Shown here: piece by piece, positions 1 to 8,818 of the stretch
Layout: every line of letters begins with the position of its first letter
Numbering within the stretch: position 1 is the first letter of the stretch
IMG/VR virus record: IMGVR_UViG_3300027621_000003
Location: 124,001-188,000 of that record
Direction: 5' to 3' (one strand)
DNA length: 64,000 nucleotides
The notes under the pieces: generated by a model
Databases searched by the model: none
What the model saw: the letters and a program-made list of their open reading frames with translations, nothing else
What the model was told of the DNA's origin: nothing
Position numbers and translations under genes: made by a program

Positions 1-591
1 TTTTGGCATGTATTCATCCAATACCTTATCAACAATGGTAAAGAATTCACTGTCACGGTTGAATAGACGTACACCAGAACAAACTTCAGTAACCATGTAG
101 TTCAACGGTGCGTCCAACTGAATTGCGTAAGCCACATCAACAAAGAAGTTTGGGTCGGCTTTACGAGAACCCCAACATCCTGTTTCTTCACTAACAAAGA
201 ACGCCGCCTTTACGTGTGGTAAATCCAATAAAGCTGACATTGCTCCAAACACACCACATTTGTCATCACCACCAATACCGGTTTCTTTACCTTCAGGGGT
301 GTAACCCTTAAGACATACTTTAAGGTTTCCTTCGTAATCAGGTAGAGTTTCTGTGTGAACAACAATCTCGTTCATTCCGTGAACAGTATCGGTATGACCA
401 ACCATACATGGATAAAGTTTTCCTTCAAAACCTTCACTTGTTTTGGTTGCGTAAATGTTCATCATTTCATCTACCACGTAAGGAATGTTATTTTCCTTAA
501 GCCAGTTGGAAATGAATTCCACCATATATTCTTCATGGTACGTAGCGGTTGGAACGCTAAGGACTCTTTCTAATAAATCTAATCTGTTCAT
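1..591 (-). CDS. M20/M28-family zinc peptidase (partial, runs off window start)
   Basis: Hand translation from ATG at 591: MNRLDLLERVLSVPTATYHE...GHTDTVH...GIGGDDKCG...VSEETGCWGS...QLDAP. Contains the metal-binding motifs of M20/M28. TATCTTTG promoter at 599-606. Confidence 0.75.
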   Translation of the reverse strand, partial: MNRLDLLERVLSVPTATYHEEYMVEFISNWLKENNIPYVVDEMMNIYATKTSEGFEGKLYPCMVGHTDTVHGMNEIVVHTETLPDYEGNLKVCLKGYTPEGKETGIGGDDKCGVFGAMSALLDLPHVKAAFFVSEETGCWGSRKADPNFFVDVAYAIQLDAPLNYMVTEVCSGVRLFNRDSEFFTIVDKVLDEYMPK

Positions 592-598
592 CTTACCA

Positions 599-606
599 CA
601 AAGATA
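599..606 (-). promoter_or_regulatory. Bacteroidota sigma-A -7 promoter element (TAnnTTTG), representative of many
   Basis: TATCTTTG lies 7 nt upstream of ATG 591. The same element occurs at 6698-6705, 9204-9211, 14523-14530, 15019-15026, 16287-16294 and before many other genes. Confidence 0.75.
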
Positions 607-624
607 CAACAAAATTATGAATTA

Positions 625-2418
625 TCAAAAAAGTTGTAGATTATAAATAAAATCTTTGAATTTTTCAAATGGTAATCTCATTTTTTTCAAATCTCTTGTT
701 TCCCTATTTTGTAGTGCAAACGTTACCCTATCATCTTCCATGTCCAAATCGGTGATTTTTAACATGTATCTTTTGTCACCAGGCATATCAATCCACTCAT
801 CAAAACCACCCAATTTTTTGATAAAATCATAATGGTCAATGTAATCACCTGTTATGTTTTCATTTTCATTGATAGTTTCTTCCATAGTGTCCAATAATTT
901 TTCTATGGCACTGTTGGTACTACTATATTCATAATTATTAGTCCTAAACTCATATACACTATCAGCAATACTTGGGGGGTCAATATTTTCAAGATTAATA
1001 ATTCTTCTCAATAACCCATAAATTCCAATATTAAACGTTGGATTGTATTTTTGATACGTTTTTATAAGGTCATCTAATTTAACGGTTTTTTTATAAAAAG
1101 TTCCCGTCATTGGTAATCCATATTCGGCAAACATATTTGAATAATCTTTTTCCAAATATTCTCTAATACCTTGTTCGGTATCAGCATTCATGTCATAAGT
1201 ATATTCACTGGTTATGTTATCAACGGCATTTTCAAATGCTTTTGACAAGAATTCGGAAACTTTAATTCTACAATCATCACTATCTCGTTCTTTTAATCCC
1301 AACGTACATTCATATAATTTTGGATTAATAATTTTCATATACGTTTGAAGTCTTTTCATTTGTTCGTCATCAAAGTTAGAAAACAAATATCCCTCTTTCC
1401 ATTCTTCTTCAGCATAATAACTATCAAAAATTTCACCTGTACCGTAACTAGATAATGAAATATCTAAGTACATTCTATCACCGTCACCTTCGTTCCACTC
1501 AAATAAATCAAAATAATCGCTATCTCTTCCGTTAAAATCTAAATTCAAAGTGACATTATCTTCATTATCTCTATTGTAACTGGTGATTAATGGGTCCACC
1601 CTATCAGCATTCCAGCTTGAAATAGTTCCGTCTTTAATTCTTTCAAATCCTGATTTTACTTTTCCACCACCCAATAGTTTTTCAATAACAAAATTCTCAA
1701 CCTCGGGATAAACATGGTATAGAAAATCCACATCATGTCCAGTATCCGCAGCATCATACACAGTTGGGTCACCGTCTTTAATATATAAAGCAATCTTTTG
1801 TCTTCTATTTGATTTGTCAATAAAGTAATAAAGTTTACCGTCTTTGGTGTATTTGTTAAAATAATCTGGCTGTTGTCCCGCAGTACACCAACGTGTACCT
1901 GAACCATAATAACAAGAAGCATTATGTGTGATGGCTCTGATTCCCAATACATCACCATCTTCAAATACTTTTTCAGCTTCTTTTTTCGCCGCTCGTTCTT
2001 TTTCTCTTTTGGATGAAATCATTGAAAGGGCTTGTGTCAAATATCCCAAGGTATTAATATTATACGAATTAATATCTTTGGGCGATTTCATCACAACATC
2101 TAATTTTGGAAACGCCCTTGACTCAACACCGTCCCAAAGTTCTTTAACAGTACCAATTACTTCAGGTGTAATTTTATTACTATTTTTATTAAAAAATTCT
2201 ATTTGTCTGATTAGCCCAGATATAAAGACATCAAAATCCGTAAACGGGTCAAAAAGAAATCTTTTGGTTTCAGTTTCAACAAAAGGAATGTATTTTGCAC
2301 CTAACTTTGCAGTCTCATCAAATATTTTGTCTATAAAATCAGAGTCGTCAGGAAACATTTCCTTAACCCTTTTAATAGAGTCTTCTTTCTTACCCTCTTG
2401 TAAAAATATTTTGTACAT
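625..2418 (-). CDS. phage protein with ASCYYGSGTRWCT domain (possibly PcfJ-like), paralog 1
   Basis: 597-aa ORF; motif shared with 10719..12278 and 32058..33005. Confidence 0.6.
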   Translation of the reverse strand: MYKIFLQEGKKEDSIKRVKEMFPDDSDFIDKIFDETAKLGAKYIPFVETETKRFLFDPFTDFDVFISGLIRQIEFFNKNSNKITPEVIGTVKELWDGVESRAFPKLDVVMKSPKDINSYNINTLGYLTQALSMISSKREKERAAKKEAEKVFEDGDVLGIRAITHNASCYYGSGTRWCTAGQQPDYFNKYTKDGKLYYFIDKSNRRQKIALYIKDGDPTVYDAADTGHDVDFLYHVYPEVENFVIEKLLGGGKVKSGFERIKDGTISSWNADRVDPLITSYNRDNEDNVTLNLDFNGRDSDYFDLFEWNEGDGDRMYLDISLSSYGTGEIFDSYYAEEEWKEGYLFSNFDDEQMKRLQTYMKIINPKLYECTLGLKERDSDDCRIKVSEFLSKAFENAVDNITSEYTYDMNADTEQGIREYLEKDYSNMFAEYGLPMTGTFYKKTVKLDDLIKTYQKYNPTFNIGIYGLLRRIINLENIDPPSIADSVYEFRTNNYEYSSTNSAIEKLLDTMEETINENENITGDYIDHYDFIKKLGGFDEWIDMPGDKRYMLKITDLDMEDDRVTFALQNRETRDLKKMRLPFEKFKDFIYNLQLF

Positions 2419-2422
2419 TTCT

Positions 2423-2430
2423 TATAAATA
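2423..2430 (-). promoter_or_regulatory. putative phage late-type promoter TATTTAT(A), representative of dozens
   Basis: TATTTATA 4 nt upstream of ATG 2418; recurs just upstream of most genes with (I/L)xE N-terminal tags. Confidence 0.6.
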
Positions 2431-2483
2431 GTTGTGCAGTTCAAAAAATGGTTGTATATTTGTATAAGAAAGGAAGACAAACT

Positions 2484-2903
2484 ATGAAAAACATCATCAC
2501 CACCATCGCAATGTTCATCTTGACTATCGCAGCTCAAGCACAAGTCTATCAGTTTCACTGTAAAGGTTTCTACAGGTTCGAACATACATCAGGGTTGAAT
2601 TCTATGGAAGTTTTGAATAACGACCAAGAAACCAAATTGATGGGTCAAACATCAAATATCTTCTTCATCTTTGATAGTGTTAAAAATACAATGACCAGAG
2701 TGGATTCTTTTAACAAATCAGTTATGGTAAGAACCATTGTTGACTCTCATTCTGAAAACAACTATCAATCATTTACTGTGAGTTCACCTGAAGGAACTGA
2801 CTATCTTTATATCTTTGACAAATATAACCCAACATTTTTGATGTGTGTTTGGAGAAAAGATTTGTTCATGACTCAAGGTTGGGTGTCTAAAAATCTTAAA
2901 TAA
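2484..2903 (+). CDS. hypothetical exported protein (signal peptide)
   Basis: MKNIITTIAMFILTIAAQAQ signal peptide; start moved to the ATG downstream of TATATTTG. Confidence 0.6.
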   Translation: MKNIITTIAMFILTIAAQAQVYQFHCKGFYRFEHTSGLNSMEVLNNDQETKLMGQTSNIFFIFDSVKNTMTRVDSFNKSVMVRTIVDSHSENNYQSFTVSSPEGTDYLYIFDKYNPTFLMCVWRKDLFMTQGWVSKNLK

Positions 2904-2931
2904 AAAAAGGGACCAAGTAGTCCCTTTTTTT
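2902..2931. terminator. bidirectional intrinsic terminator
   Basis: aaaaaaagggac-caagta-gtcccttttttt between convergent genes. Confidence 0.75.
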
Positions 2932-2951
2932 ATAATAATGTTAAATATTTT

Positions 2952-3557
2952 TTAAGCTAATCCCAATTGATTTTTTTGTGAAAATTCTTTAAAAAATGGT
3001 AACGCTTTTTTAACCGCATCTGGTGGCATTACCTTCATACCAGCCTTTACTTGAGCTAAGTAAGTTAAACCATCTCTTAACAATAATAAATCGTTAACCA
3101 TTGCTGATAGGGCGGCCATTGACATTATATTATCAAACGGCCTACCATCCATCATAGCTTTGTAACCACCTGCACTACCCAATTGATATCCAAGTGTTGC
3201 AATTGATTTGTTAAATGAATTAATTAAATCATTGCCCCAAATACCCTGTAAAGCCTCATAAGGTGTTCCTCCAATCAATTTTTTGTCAAAATCTTTTAAG
3301 GCTGAAGCCATAGATGTTAATGTTTTCCTATCTAAAGGTAATTTTTGATTAACAACCAACATGCTTTTATCCAACAACGGCTTTGTTTGGTCAGGTGTAG
3401 ACACTGATGTAGCATCTTGCTCCTTAGTTTCCATTCTCTTTATTTTCAAACCATTAGGTTCTCCTGACATAAAGCCAACACCCATAGATTCTTTTATTAC
3501 ACGTCTTACGATTCTTTCTAAATCAGATTCCGTTAATCTTACAATTTTTTTTGTCAT
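2952..3557 (-). CDS. hypothetical protein with MTKKIVRLTESDLERIVRRVIKE N-terminal tag
   Basis: Start reassigned to ATG 3557 (after TATTTAT); the longer track ORF overlaps the tmRNA. Confidence 0.65.
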   Translation of the reverse strand: MTKKIVRLTESDLERIVRRVIKESMGVGFMSGEPNGLKIKRMETKEQDATSVSTPDQTKPLLDKSMLVVNQKLPLDRKTLTSMASALKDFDKKLIGGTPYEALQGIWGNDLINSFNKSIATLGYQLGSAGGYKAMMDGRPFDNIMSMAALSAMVNDLLLLRDGLTYLAQVKAGMKVMPPDAVKKALPFFKEFSQKNQLGLA

Positions 3558-3635
3558 AATGAAATTATTTCTTAATAAATAGTTGTTGATATAAAAAAGT
3601 ATATTTATATTTGTTGAAATGTTCTTTGAAATTAT

Positions 3636-4021
3636 GGGGATGACACAGATTCGATTGGCGTAGTTAGTCAATGGGTGCATGTATGAGCTGAAATAACTCA
3701 TTAAAAACTGGTTCAAAAAATTAAACGGAAACGTTTTAGACAAAATGGCGACTATCGGATTAATCCGTGAAAACGCTTCTGTAGTAGCCTAATCGCTATT
3801 ACAAAACAGGTCGGGAGACATACAACCTAGGAACAGAAGTCTTTTAAAGGTGTAGTTTCTATCTTAAAAGAAACAAGTGGAGGATTAGTTCTCAGTAAAC
3901 CAAACCACTATAAAATAAGGGAATTGTGAATTTCGGAACATTAGAAAATGTTGACCTAAACATGTAGTACCTCTTGGGTAAGACGAGCAAGACCGGGGGG
4001 CAGTACCTCGCATCTCCACCA
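3636..4021 (+). ncRNA. ssrA: tmRNA
   Basis: 5' GGGGATG pairs with 3' CATCTCC-ACCA, giving the G3:U70 Ala identity. Tag frame follows TAAAC at 3727..3792 (GNVLDKMATIGLIRENASVVA*). T-loop GGCAGTA; terminator follows. Confidence 0.9.
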
Positions 4022-4024
4022 AAT

Positions 4025-4055
4025 AAAAAAACCCATCTTTACGGATGGGTTTTTC
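4025..4055. terminator. intrinsic terminator
   Basis: aaaaaaacccatc-tttacg-gatgggtttttt. Confidence 0.75.
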
Positions 4056-4073
4056 TTTTATATCATTTTTATA

Positions 4074-4376
4074 TTATAGACAACCTGTGAATGGAATAAA
4101 TTGTGGTTTGTGGTGTTTTCTAAGTATCTGTACAACAACTTTGGCGTCAGCCTTACTACTTCCTTTCAAAAATTGTTTTAAGTCCTCTACGGCTCTTTTA
4201 CCGTTCTCGTCTTTTTCTAACATTAATAATTCTACAATGTTTACCAATGCTCCAATATGGTGTTTTGGACCACCAAAACATCCTTCAGGAACAACAACAT
4301 CATCCTTCTTTTTACTATCGGCTTCATTAAGATGTGCAACTAAGCTTTCTCTTATAAGTTTTTTCAATCTATCCAT
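4074..4376 (-). CDS. hypothetical protein (LIRE/LNE tag)
   Basis: 100-aa ORF with TATTTAT upstream. Confidence 0.6.
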   Translation of the reverse strand: MDRLKKLIRESLVAHLNEADSKKKDDVVVPEGCFGGPKHHIGALVNIVELLMLEKDENGKRAVEDLKQFLKGSSKADAKVVVQILRKHHKPQFIPFTGCL

Positions 4377-4483
4377 GTCTATAAATAGTATAATAGTATA
4401 AAAAATTTTTGTCCTTCTATTGTCAAGGACATATTTATTGACTATAATTTAAACACACAAATAAAACACACACACAAAACATT

Positions 4484-4678
4484 ATGAAAAAATTAATTTT
4501 AAGTCTTTTGATGGTTACTGCATTGGTTGCTTGTACAAGCCAAGAAACCGAAACAACTCTTGTTGACTCTACTTTGATGGATAGCACATGTGCTGATAGC
4601 ACTTGTTGTGATTCTGCTAAAGTTTCTGTTGACTCTGTAAAAGTTGAAGAAGTTAAATCTGTTGAATCTGCAAAGTAA
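4484..4678 (+). CDS. small lipoprotein
   Basis: Signal peptide with lipobox LVAC; DS-rich low-complexity tail. Confidence 0.7.
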   Translation: MKKLILSLLMVTALVACTSQETETTLVDSTLMDSTCADSTCCDSAKVSVDSVKVEEVKSVESAK

Positions 4679-4727
4679 TTAGACGGAAACCATCTTAAAC
4701 AAAGAACCCCTCAAACGAGGGGTTTTT

Positions 4728-5441
4728 TTATTTTATAAGTCTTTTGAATTTTTGAATTTCTTCCATAATTTCTTTGGGAAGTTTGGATTCTTTTTTTGGA
4801 GTTGTTAATCCTTTTAAACTTGCCAATGCTGCAACAGGAGTATACACATTTAAAAATTTATCCATGATGTTGTTAAATCCTGACTTACCTGTGCTTTTAA
4901 CTAACCCATCATCACTATCGTCACTATCGTCACTAACATCATTGTTATTTTTTTTATTTTTATCTTTATCTTTGTTTTTTCCAACTAATAATGAACCAAC
5001 AAGGGCTGCACCGCCTAAAGCAGCAACTCCTGTTAAAATTGGTTCTGGATTAATTGGTTGTTTACTACCATCTAATATTTCAAAATGTAAATGAGGTCCT
5101 GTGCTTCTACCTTTATTTGGGTCATTAGGTCCACCACCACTTTCACCAATTTTTTCACCGGTAGTTACTGTTTCACCCACTCTAACATAACGTTTTCTCA
5201 AATGAGCATATTTTGAATAATAAGTTTTTCCATTTAACAAATGTTTAATTATTATTTGACCACCATAACCATTTGGGTCACTTGTATCATCAGATTTAAA
5301 AACTTCACCATCAGTAATGGAAACAACTCTTGTTCCAGAATCGGCTTTTAAATCAACACCGCTGTGTCTTCCAGTTCCTCTTAGACCAAAACCAGATGTT
5401 GCTTCAAATGATTTATTTAATAATGGGTACGTTAATTCCAT
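4728..5441 (-). CDS. M23-family metallopeptidase (peptidoglycan endopeptidase)
   Basis: HSGVD, YAHL and STGPHLHFE motifs; start moved to MELTY. Confidence 0.85.
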   Translation of the reverse strand: MELTYPLLNKSFEATSGFGLRGTGRHSGVDLKADSGTRVVSITDGEVFKSDDTSDPNGYGGQIIIKHLLNGKTYYSKYAHLRKRYVRVGETVTTGEKIGESGGGPNDPNKGRSTGPHLHFEILDGSKQPINPEPILTGVAALGGAALVGSLLVGKNKDKDKNKKNNNDVSDDSDDSDDGLVKSTGKSGFNNIMDKFLNVYTPVAALASLKGLTTPKKESKLPKEIMEEIQKFKRLIK

Positions 5442-5452
5442 AATAATAAATA

Positions 5453-5734
5453 TCACATAATATTTTTTCGGATAAACTCATCAATTTTTGAAATGTCATC
5501 ACCGATTCCTTTTATTGTTATACCTGAATTTGGTTCAGGATAATATACCAATGTTTGTTCATTTAAATGATAAAATAACCCATCATCAATTTTATCACCA
5601 TTATGATTGATAATATCTTTTACAAAAATTTCTTTGTTTTTTCTTTTAAATCCAAGTTTGTATAACCCTTCAATAAAATCATCAACTTCCAAATCCAACT
5701 CATCTTCCAATTCAATATCCCAAAACTCCATCAT
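5453..5734 (-). CDS. hypothetical protein
   Basis: 93-aa ORF overlapping the stop of the upstream gene. Confidence 0.55.
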   Translation of the reverse strand: MMEFWDIELEDELDLEVDDFIEGLYKLGFKRKNKEIFVKDIINHNGDKIDDGLFYHLNEQTLVYYPEPNSGITIKGIGDDISKIDEFIRKNIM

Positions 5735-6357
5735 AATAAATAAGGTTTTAATGAATTGGCATCTTGATATAATTGAGTTTTGAATTCTTCAGTAAACTCA
5801 CCATTACTGGCAATTGATGTTGGGAAATCAGAAAACACCCAACTTACACATAAAACACCAATTAAATGTTTATCGGTATTATAAATTGGAACACCAGCGT
5901 GTGCGTAGTTTCCATAATGTCTTAATAAACTTTTGGTTGGTAAATCACTTATTTGATTATCAACATCAACATAAAACAATCGGTTACCAAGTGTTTCTGT
6001 TAAATACCAATTATAATTTGAAATTAAAATATTTTGAAATTTTTCTGAAATTTTTTCTAATCCATCTGAACATCTTTCATATGTCACAGATGCTTTTTGC
6101 ATTGGTGCTTGAGTATAAAAAGTTCCACCATTATGAAATTGAATGATGTAAACTCTATCTGTAATGTACTTTCGTCTTAATTCTTTTAATGTAAAGTGGA
6201 TTAATTCATCTCTTTGAATCTGTTCCACCAATTTTTCACGACTTTTCTTTTCTTTATTTTTGTCTTGGGTTTTTCTAAAATAACCCGCAGTCACCAACGC
6301 AACTATAACTGAAGCCACCGCTGTTATCAAAGTTTTAAATACATCTGCCCAATCCAT
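5731..6357 (-). CDS. single-TM protein with GAF-like domain (possible T4 gpT-type holin)
   Basis: N-terminal TM, then DRVYIIQFHNGG...VPIY...LIGVLCV GAF-like fold; near the M23 peptidase. Confidence 0.45.
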   Translation of the reverse strand: MDWADVFKTLITAVASVIVALVTAGYFRKTQDKNKEKKSREKLVEQIQRDELIHFTLKELRRKYITDRVYIIQFHNGGTFYTQAPMQKASVTYERCSDGLEKISEKFQNILISNYNWYLTETLGNRLFYVDVDNQISDLPTKSLLRHYGNYAHAGVPIYNTDKHLIGVLCVSWVFSDFPTSIASNGEFTEEFKTQLYQDANSLKPYLL

Positions 6358-6424
6358 TAGTAAAAATATATTGTTTAGTAAATAAATACAAAAAAACCTG
6401 ATATAAATCAGGTCTTTTTAAATT

Positions 6425-6610
6425 TTATTCACCACTTGGTATAAACATCCATAACAACAAATATGTTATACCAATTGGAAATGGATAAAAAAGTAATACC
6501 ACGGAAAATACACGAAGAAAAATTGGGTCAATATTCATACGGTATGCGATACCAGCACATACACCACCGATTACTCGGTCTACTTTTGGTCTATACATTT
6601 TTTGTTTCAT
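6425..6610 (-). CDS. pspC: PspC-domain membrane protein
   Basis: MYRPKVDRVIGGVCAGIAYRMNIDP..LR PspC signature. Confidence 0.85.
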   Translation of the reverse strand: MKQKMYRPKVDRVIGGVCAGIAYRMNIDPIFLRVFSVVLLFYPFPIGITYLLLWMFIPSGE

Positions 6611-6611
6611 T

Positions 6612-6688
6612 TGGTGGACCCTGTAGGGCTTGAACCTACGACCTACTGATTATGAGTCAGCCGCTCTGACCAACTGAGCTAAGGGTCC
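6612..6688 (-). tRNA. tRNA-Ile2 (CAU, lysidine type)
   Basis: GGACCCT...CTGACTCATAATCAG...GGGTCCACCA; Ile2-type body, encoded CCA. Confidence 0.8.
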
Positions 6689-6717
6689 ATTGTTATACAA
6701 AGATAATAAAAAAATTC

Positions 6718-7140
6718 TTAATCCCACCAATGTTCAATTTTTTGTTCAAGAATTTTAAATAATAAACGTTTAGCTTTATTGTGCTTATCTGTTACCATTT
6801 TAAGAGCTTCAGATGACCGTTTATCTAACTCATAAAACCCATCATAATATGATTCATTTTGTATTTTATCAATTAACCTAACACAAGTCATCATTAACTC
6901 AGCATCACGTTCAGAACTTTCATGAGAACCATATTTAACAAGATGTTTGGCTTGTTTTTCTAACTTGAATTTTAATACCTGAAAAACATAATGGTGGTCC
7001 CAATCCCTATCTTTCCATATTATCCAAAACCATTTATATAGGTTCTGAACTCCATACTTAATGTATTTGTGTTGGTTGGGTAGTTCCCATCTTACCCATC
7101 TGTAAAGTTTCCAATACCATTCGTTATATTCTGTGTTCAT
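6718..7140 (-). CDS. hypothetical phage protein (Trp-rich, DRDWD motif)
   Basis: 140-aa ORF inside tRNA operon 1. Confidence 0.6.
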   Translation of the reverse strand: MNTEYNEWYWKLYRWVRWELPNQHKYIKYGVQNLYKWFWIIWKDRDWDHHYVFQVLKFKLEKQAKHLVKYGSHESSERDAELMMTCVRLIDKIQNESYYDGFYELDKRSSEALKMVTDKHNKAKRLLFKILEQKIEHWWD

Positions 7141-7154
7141 AGTTATGATTTTAG

Positions 7155-7228
7155 TAGACGAGAAGGGACTTGAACCCCCAACCTTGATGATATAAGCATC
7201 CTGCTCTAACCTGTTGAGCTACCCGTCC
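7155..7228 (-). tRNA. tRNA-Ile (UAU)
   Basis: Cloverleaf; anticodon arm GATG-CTTATAT-CATC. Confidence 0.85.
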
Positions 7229-7233
7229 AAATA

Positions 7234-7419
7234 TTAGTTGAAATGAGTACAATCCCCTTGAGTATTATCCCACGGGCATATGTACATTTCTGGTTGGGTA
7301 TGTATGTAAACTCCATCAACACCAAAGTTGTCATTTTCACCATACAACCCAAGTGACTGACTTAATTCTGTCAATTCGGTTAAAAAATCTTCCTGCGTCA
7401 TTTGAGTCTTGGGGTCCAT
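7234..7419 (-). CDS. hypothetical protein
   Basis: 61-aa ORF between tRNAs. Confidence 0.45.
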   Translation of the reverse strand: MDPKTQMTQEDFLTELTELSQSLGLYGENDNFGVDGVYIHTQPEMYICPWDNTQGDCTHFN

Positions 7420-7432
7420 GATTATTGTGTTT

Positions 7433-7509
7433 TGGAGCCTGAAGACGGACTCGAACCGCCAACCCCCTGATTACAAGTCAGGTGCTCTACCAATTAAAGC
7501 TATTCAGGC
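7433..7509 (-). tRNA. tRNA-Thr (UGU)
   Basis: CCTGA-CTTGTAA-TCAGG; CCA encoded. Confidence 0.9.
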
Positions 7510-7528
7510 ATTTATGTTTTAATATATA

Positions 7529-7816
7529 TTACTTTCCTTGTTTTTTGTAAACATAAGTGATGGTATCACCAATGTTGTACTTCCTCAAAGAAGTAAACTC
7601 ACTGCTGTCTGACATGAAATACTTGTACTTCCTGTCAAGTTCAATTGTGCTGTGAGGTGGCAATTGAACCATTGAATCAATAACGAACTTTTCAACTACA
7701 TCACCTTTTTCAATCAAAGGTTTCTGTTTACAAGCTCCTAACATAGTGGCAAGAATAATAGATAAAATAATCCATAAGGAAAAATAAAGTCGGGGGTCTT
7801 TTAATATGTTTTTCAT
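7529..7816 (-). CDS. putative membrane/lipoprotein
   Basis: TM followed by LGAC; start placed after TACCTTTG promoter. Confidence 0.55.
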   Translation of the reverse strand: MKNILKDPRLYFSLWIILSIILATMLGACKQKPLIEKGDVVEKFVIDSMVQLPPHSTIELDRKYKYFMSDSSEFTSLRKYNIGDTITYVYKKQGK

Positions 7817-7817
7817 G

Positions 7818-8369
7818 TTACAAAGGTAATATATTTTTTTCAAAGTTTTTTACATAATTGTCAACTATGTGTTGAATTTCATTTTGATATCTACTATGAA
7901 CATACTGATGATGTGTTGGACATAATGGTACCAAGTTTTTTGGTTCGTTATTTTGGTGATTATTGTCATAATGATGGATAGTCACAATTTTATTTTCACT
8001 ACAAATAATACATTCTTTTTTGTGATAATTAAAACCAATTCTTCTATAACCGTTACGTTCTTGACTATCACCAAAATTTCCCCAATTTGGGTTATTTTCA
8101 CCACTTCTAAAAAAGGTGTTTGAACAAGAATAAGAACATGTTGTTCTTTCTTCTTTCCCTCCAACTTTTGTTTCAAATTGAATATCACAAACAGGACACA
8201 ATTTAATAACTGATTGGTATTTTATTTCTCGACTTCTTAAATGCGAAACGTCAATTTTATTTTCAACAATGAAATTTTCAAATTTTTTTCGAGTTTTTCC
8301 ATTGTCAAAACCATAGAGTTTTTTAATAGCTTCAGCCCTTGTCTTAGAATTTTTAATTATTTCTACCAT
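7818..8369 (-). CDS. HNH homing endonuclease
   Basis: CPVC/CSYSC zinc motifs and CIIC...IHHYD.NH.NN..NL..LCPTHH. Confidence 0.8.
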   Translation of the reverse strand: MVEIIKNSKTRAEAIKKLYGFDNGKTRKKFENFIVENKIDVSHLRSREIKYQSVIKLCPVCDIQFETKVGGKEERTTCSYSCSNTFFRSGENNPNWGNFGDSQERNGYRRIGFNYHKKECIICSENKIVTIHHYDNNHQNNEPKNLVPLCPTHHQYVHSRYQNEIQHIVDNYVKNFEKNILPL

Positions 8370-8431
8370 ATATAATAAATATATTGATTGTCGTTAAAAT
8401 TAGATTTGGTCAAATATTTTTTTAACGATTG

Positions 8432-8507
8432 TAGCGTAGACTGGATTCGAACCAGCGTGCCTCTGCTCCCAAAGCAGATGAGATAAACCTGACTCCTCTA
8501 CTACGCT
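8432..8507 (-). tRNA. tRNA-Pro (UGG)
   Basis: TCTGC-TTTGGGA-GCAGA. Confidence 0.85.
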
Positions 8508-8516
8508 ATTTGTTTG

Positions 8517-8586
8517 TGGACACTGTGGGAATCGAACCCATACGTTCTGATTGCAAATCAAACGGTCTGCCGTTGACATCAGGCCC
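8517..8586 (-). tRNA. tRNA-Ala (UGC), atypical
   Basis: TTTGA-TTTGCAA-TCAGA with G3:U70; irregular acceptor and D arms. Confidence 0.65.
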
Positions 8587-8597
8587 TTTTATTTTTG

Positions 8598-8669
8598 CGG
8601 TCCCACCGGGAATCGAACCCGGCACTTTGCCGTGACAGGGCAATATTATAGCCGATTAACTACAGGACC
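8598..8669 (-). tRNA. tRNA-Asp (GUC)
   Basis: TTGCC-CTGTCAC-GGCAA. Confidence 0.9.
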
Positions 8670-8737
8670 GTAAGTTAGTAAACCCGGGCCCAACAAGCCG
8701 TGATAAACACGGAAGGGCCCTTTTTAAGATTTACTTT

Positions 8738-8813
8738 TGGAGCGAGAGACCAGGTTCGAACTGGCGACCCTCAGTTTGGTAAACTGATGCTCTACCGACT
8801 GAGCTACTCTCGC
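8738..8813 (-). tRNA. tRNA-Gly (ACC)
   Basis: GCGAGAG acceptor, U73, CCA; anticodon arm TCAGT-TTACCAA-ACTGA. Confidence 0.85.
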
Positions 8814-8818
8814 TTTTG

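Noticed and set aside
355-573. Plus-strand 72-aa ORF and similar short antisense track ORFs
   Set aside because: They lie opposite longer genes with recognisable motifs (here the M20/M28 peptidase).
2423-2430. Canonical T4 late promoter TATAAATA
   Set aside because: Relative to the downstream genes the motif is consistently the reverse complement (TATTTATA on the sense strand), so it is treated as a distinct phage motif.
3558-3743. N-terminal extension of ORF 2952..3743
   Set aside because: Overlaps the tmRNA and promoters; the real start is most likely ATG 3557.
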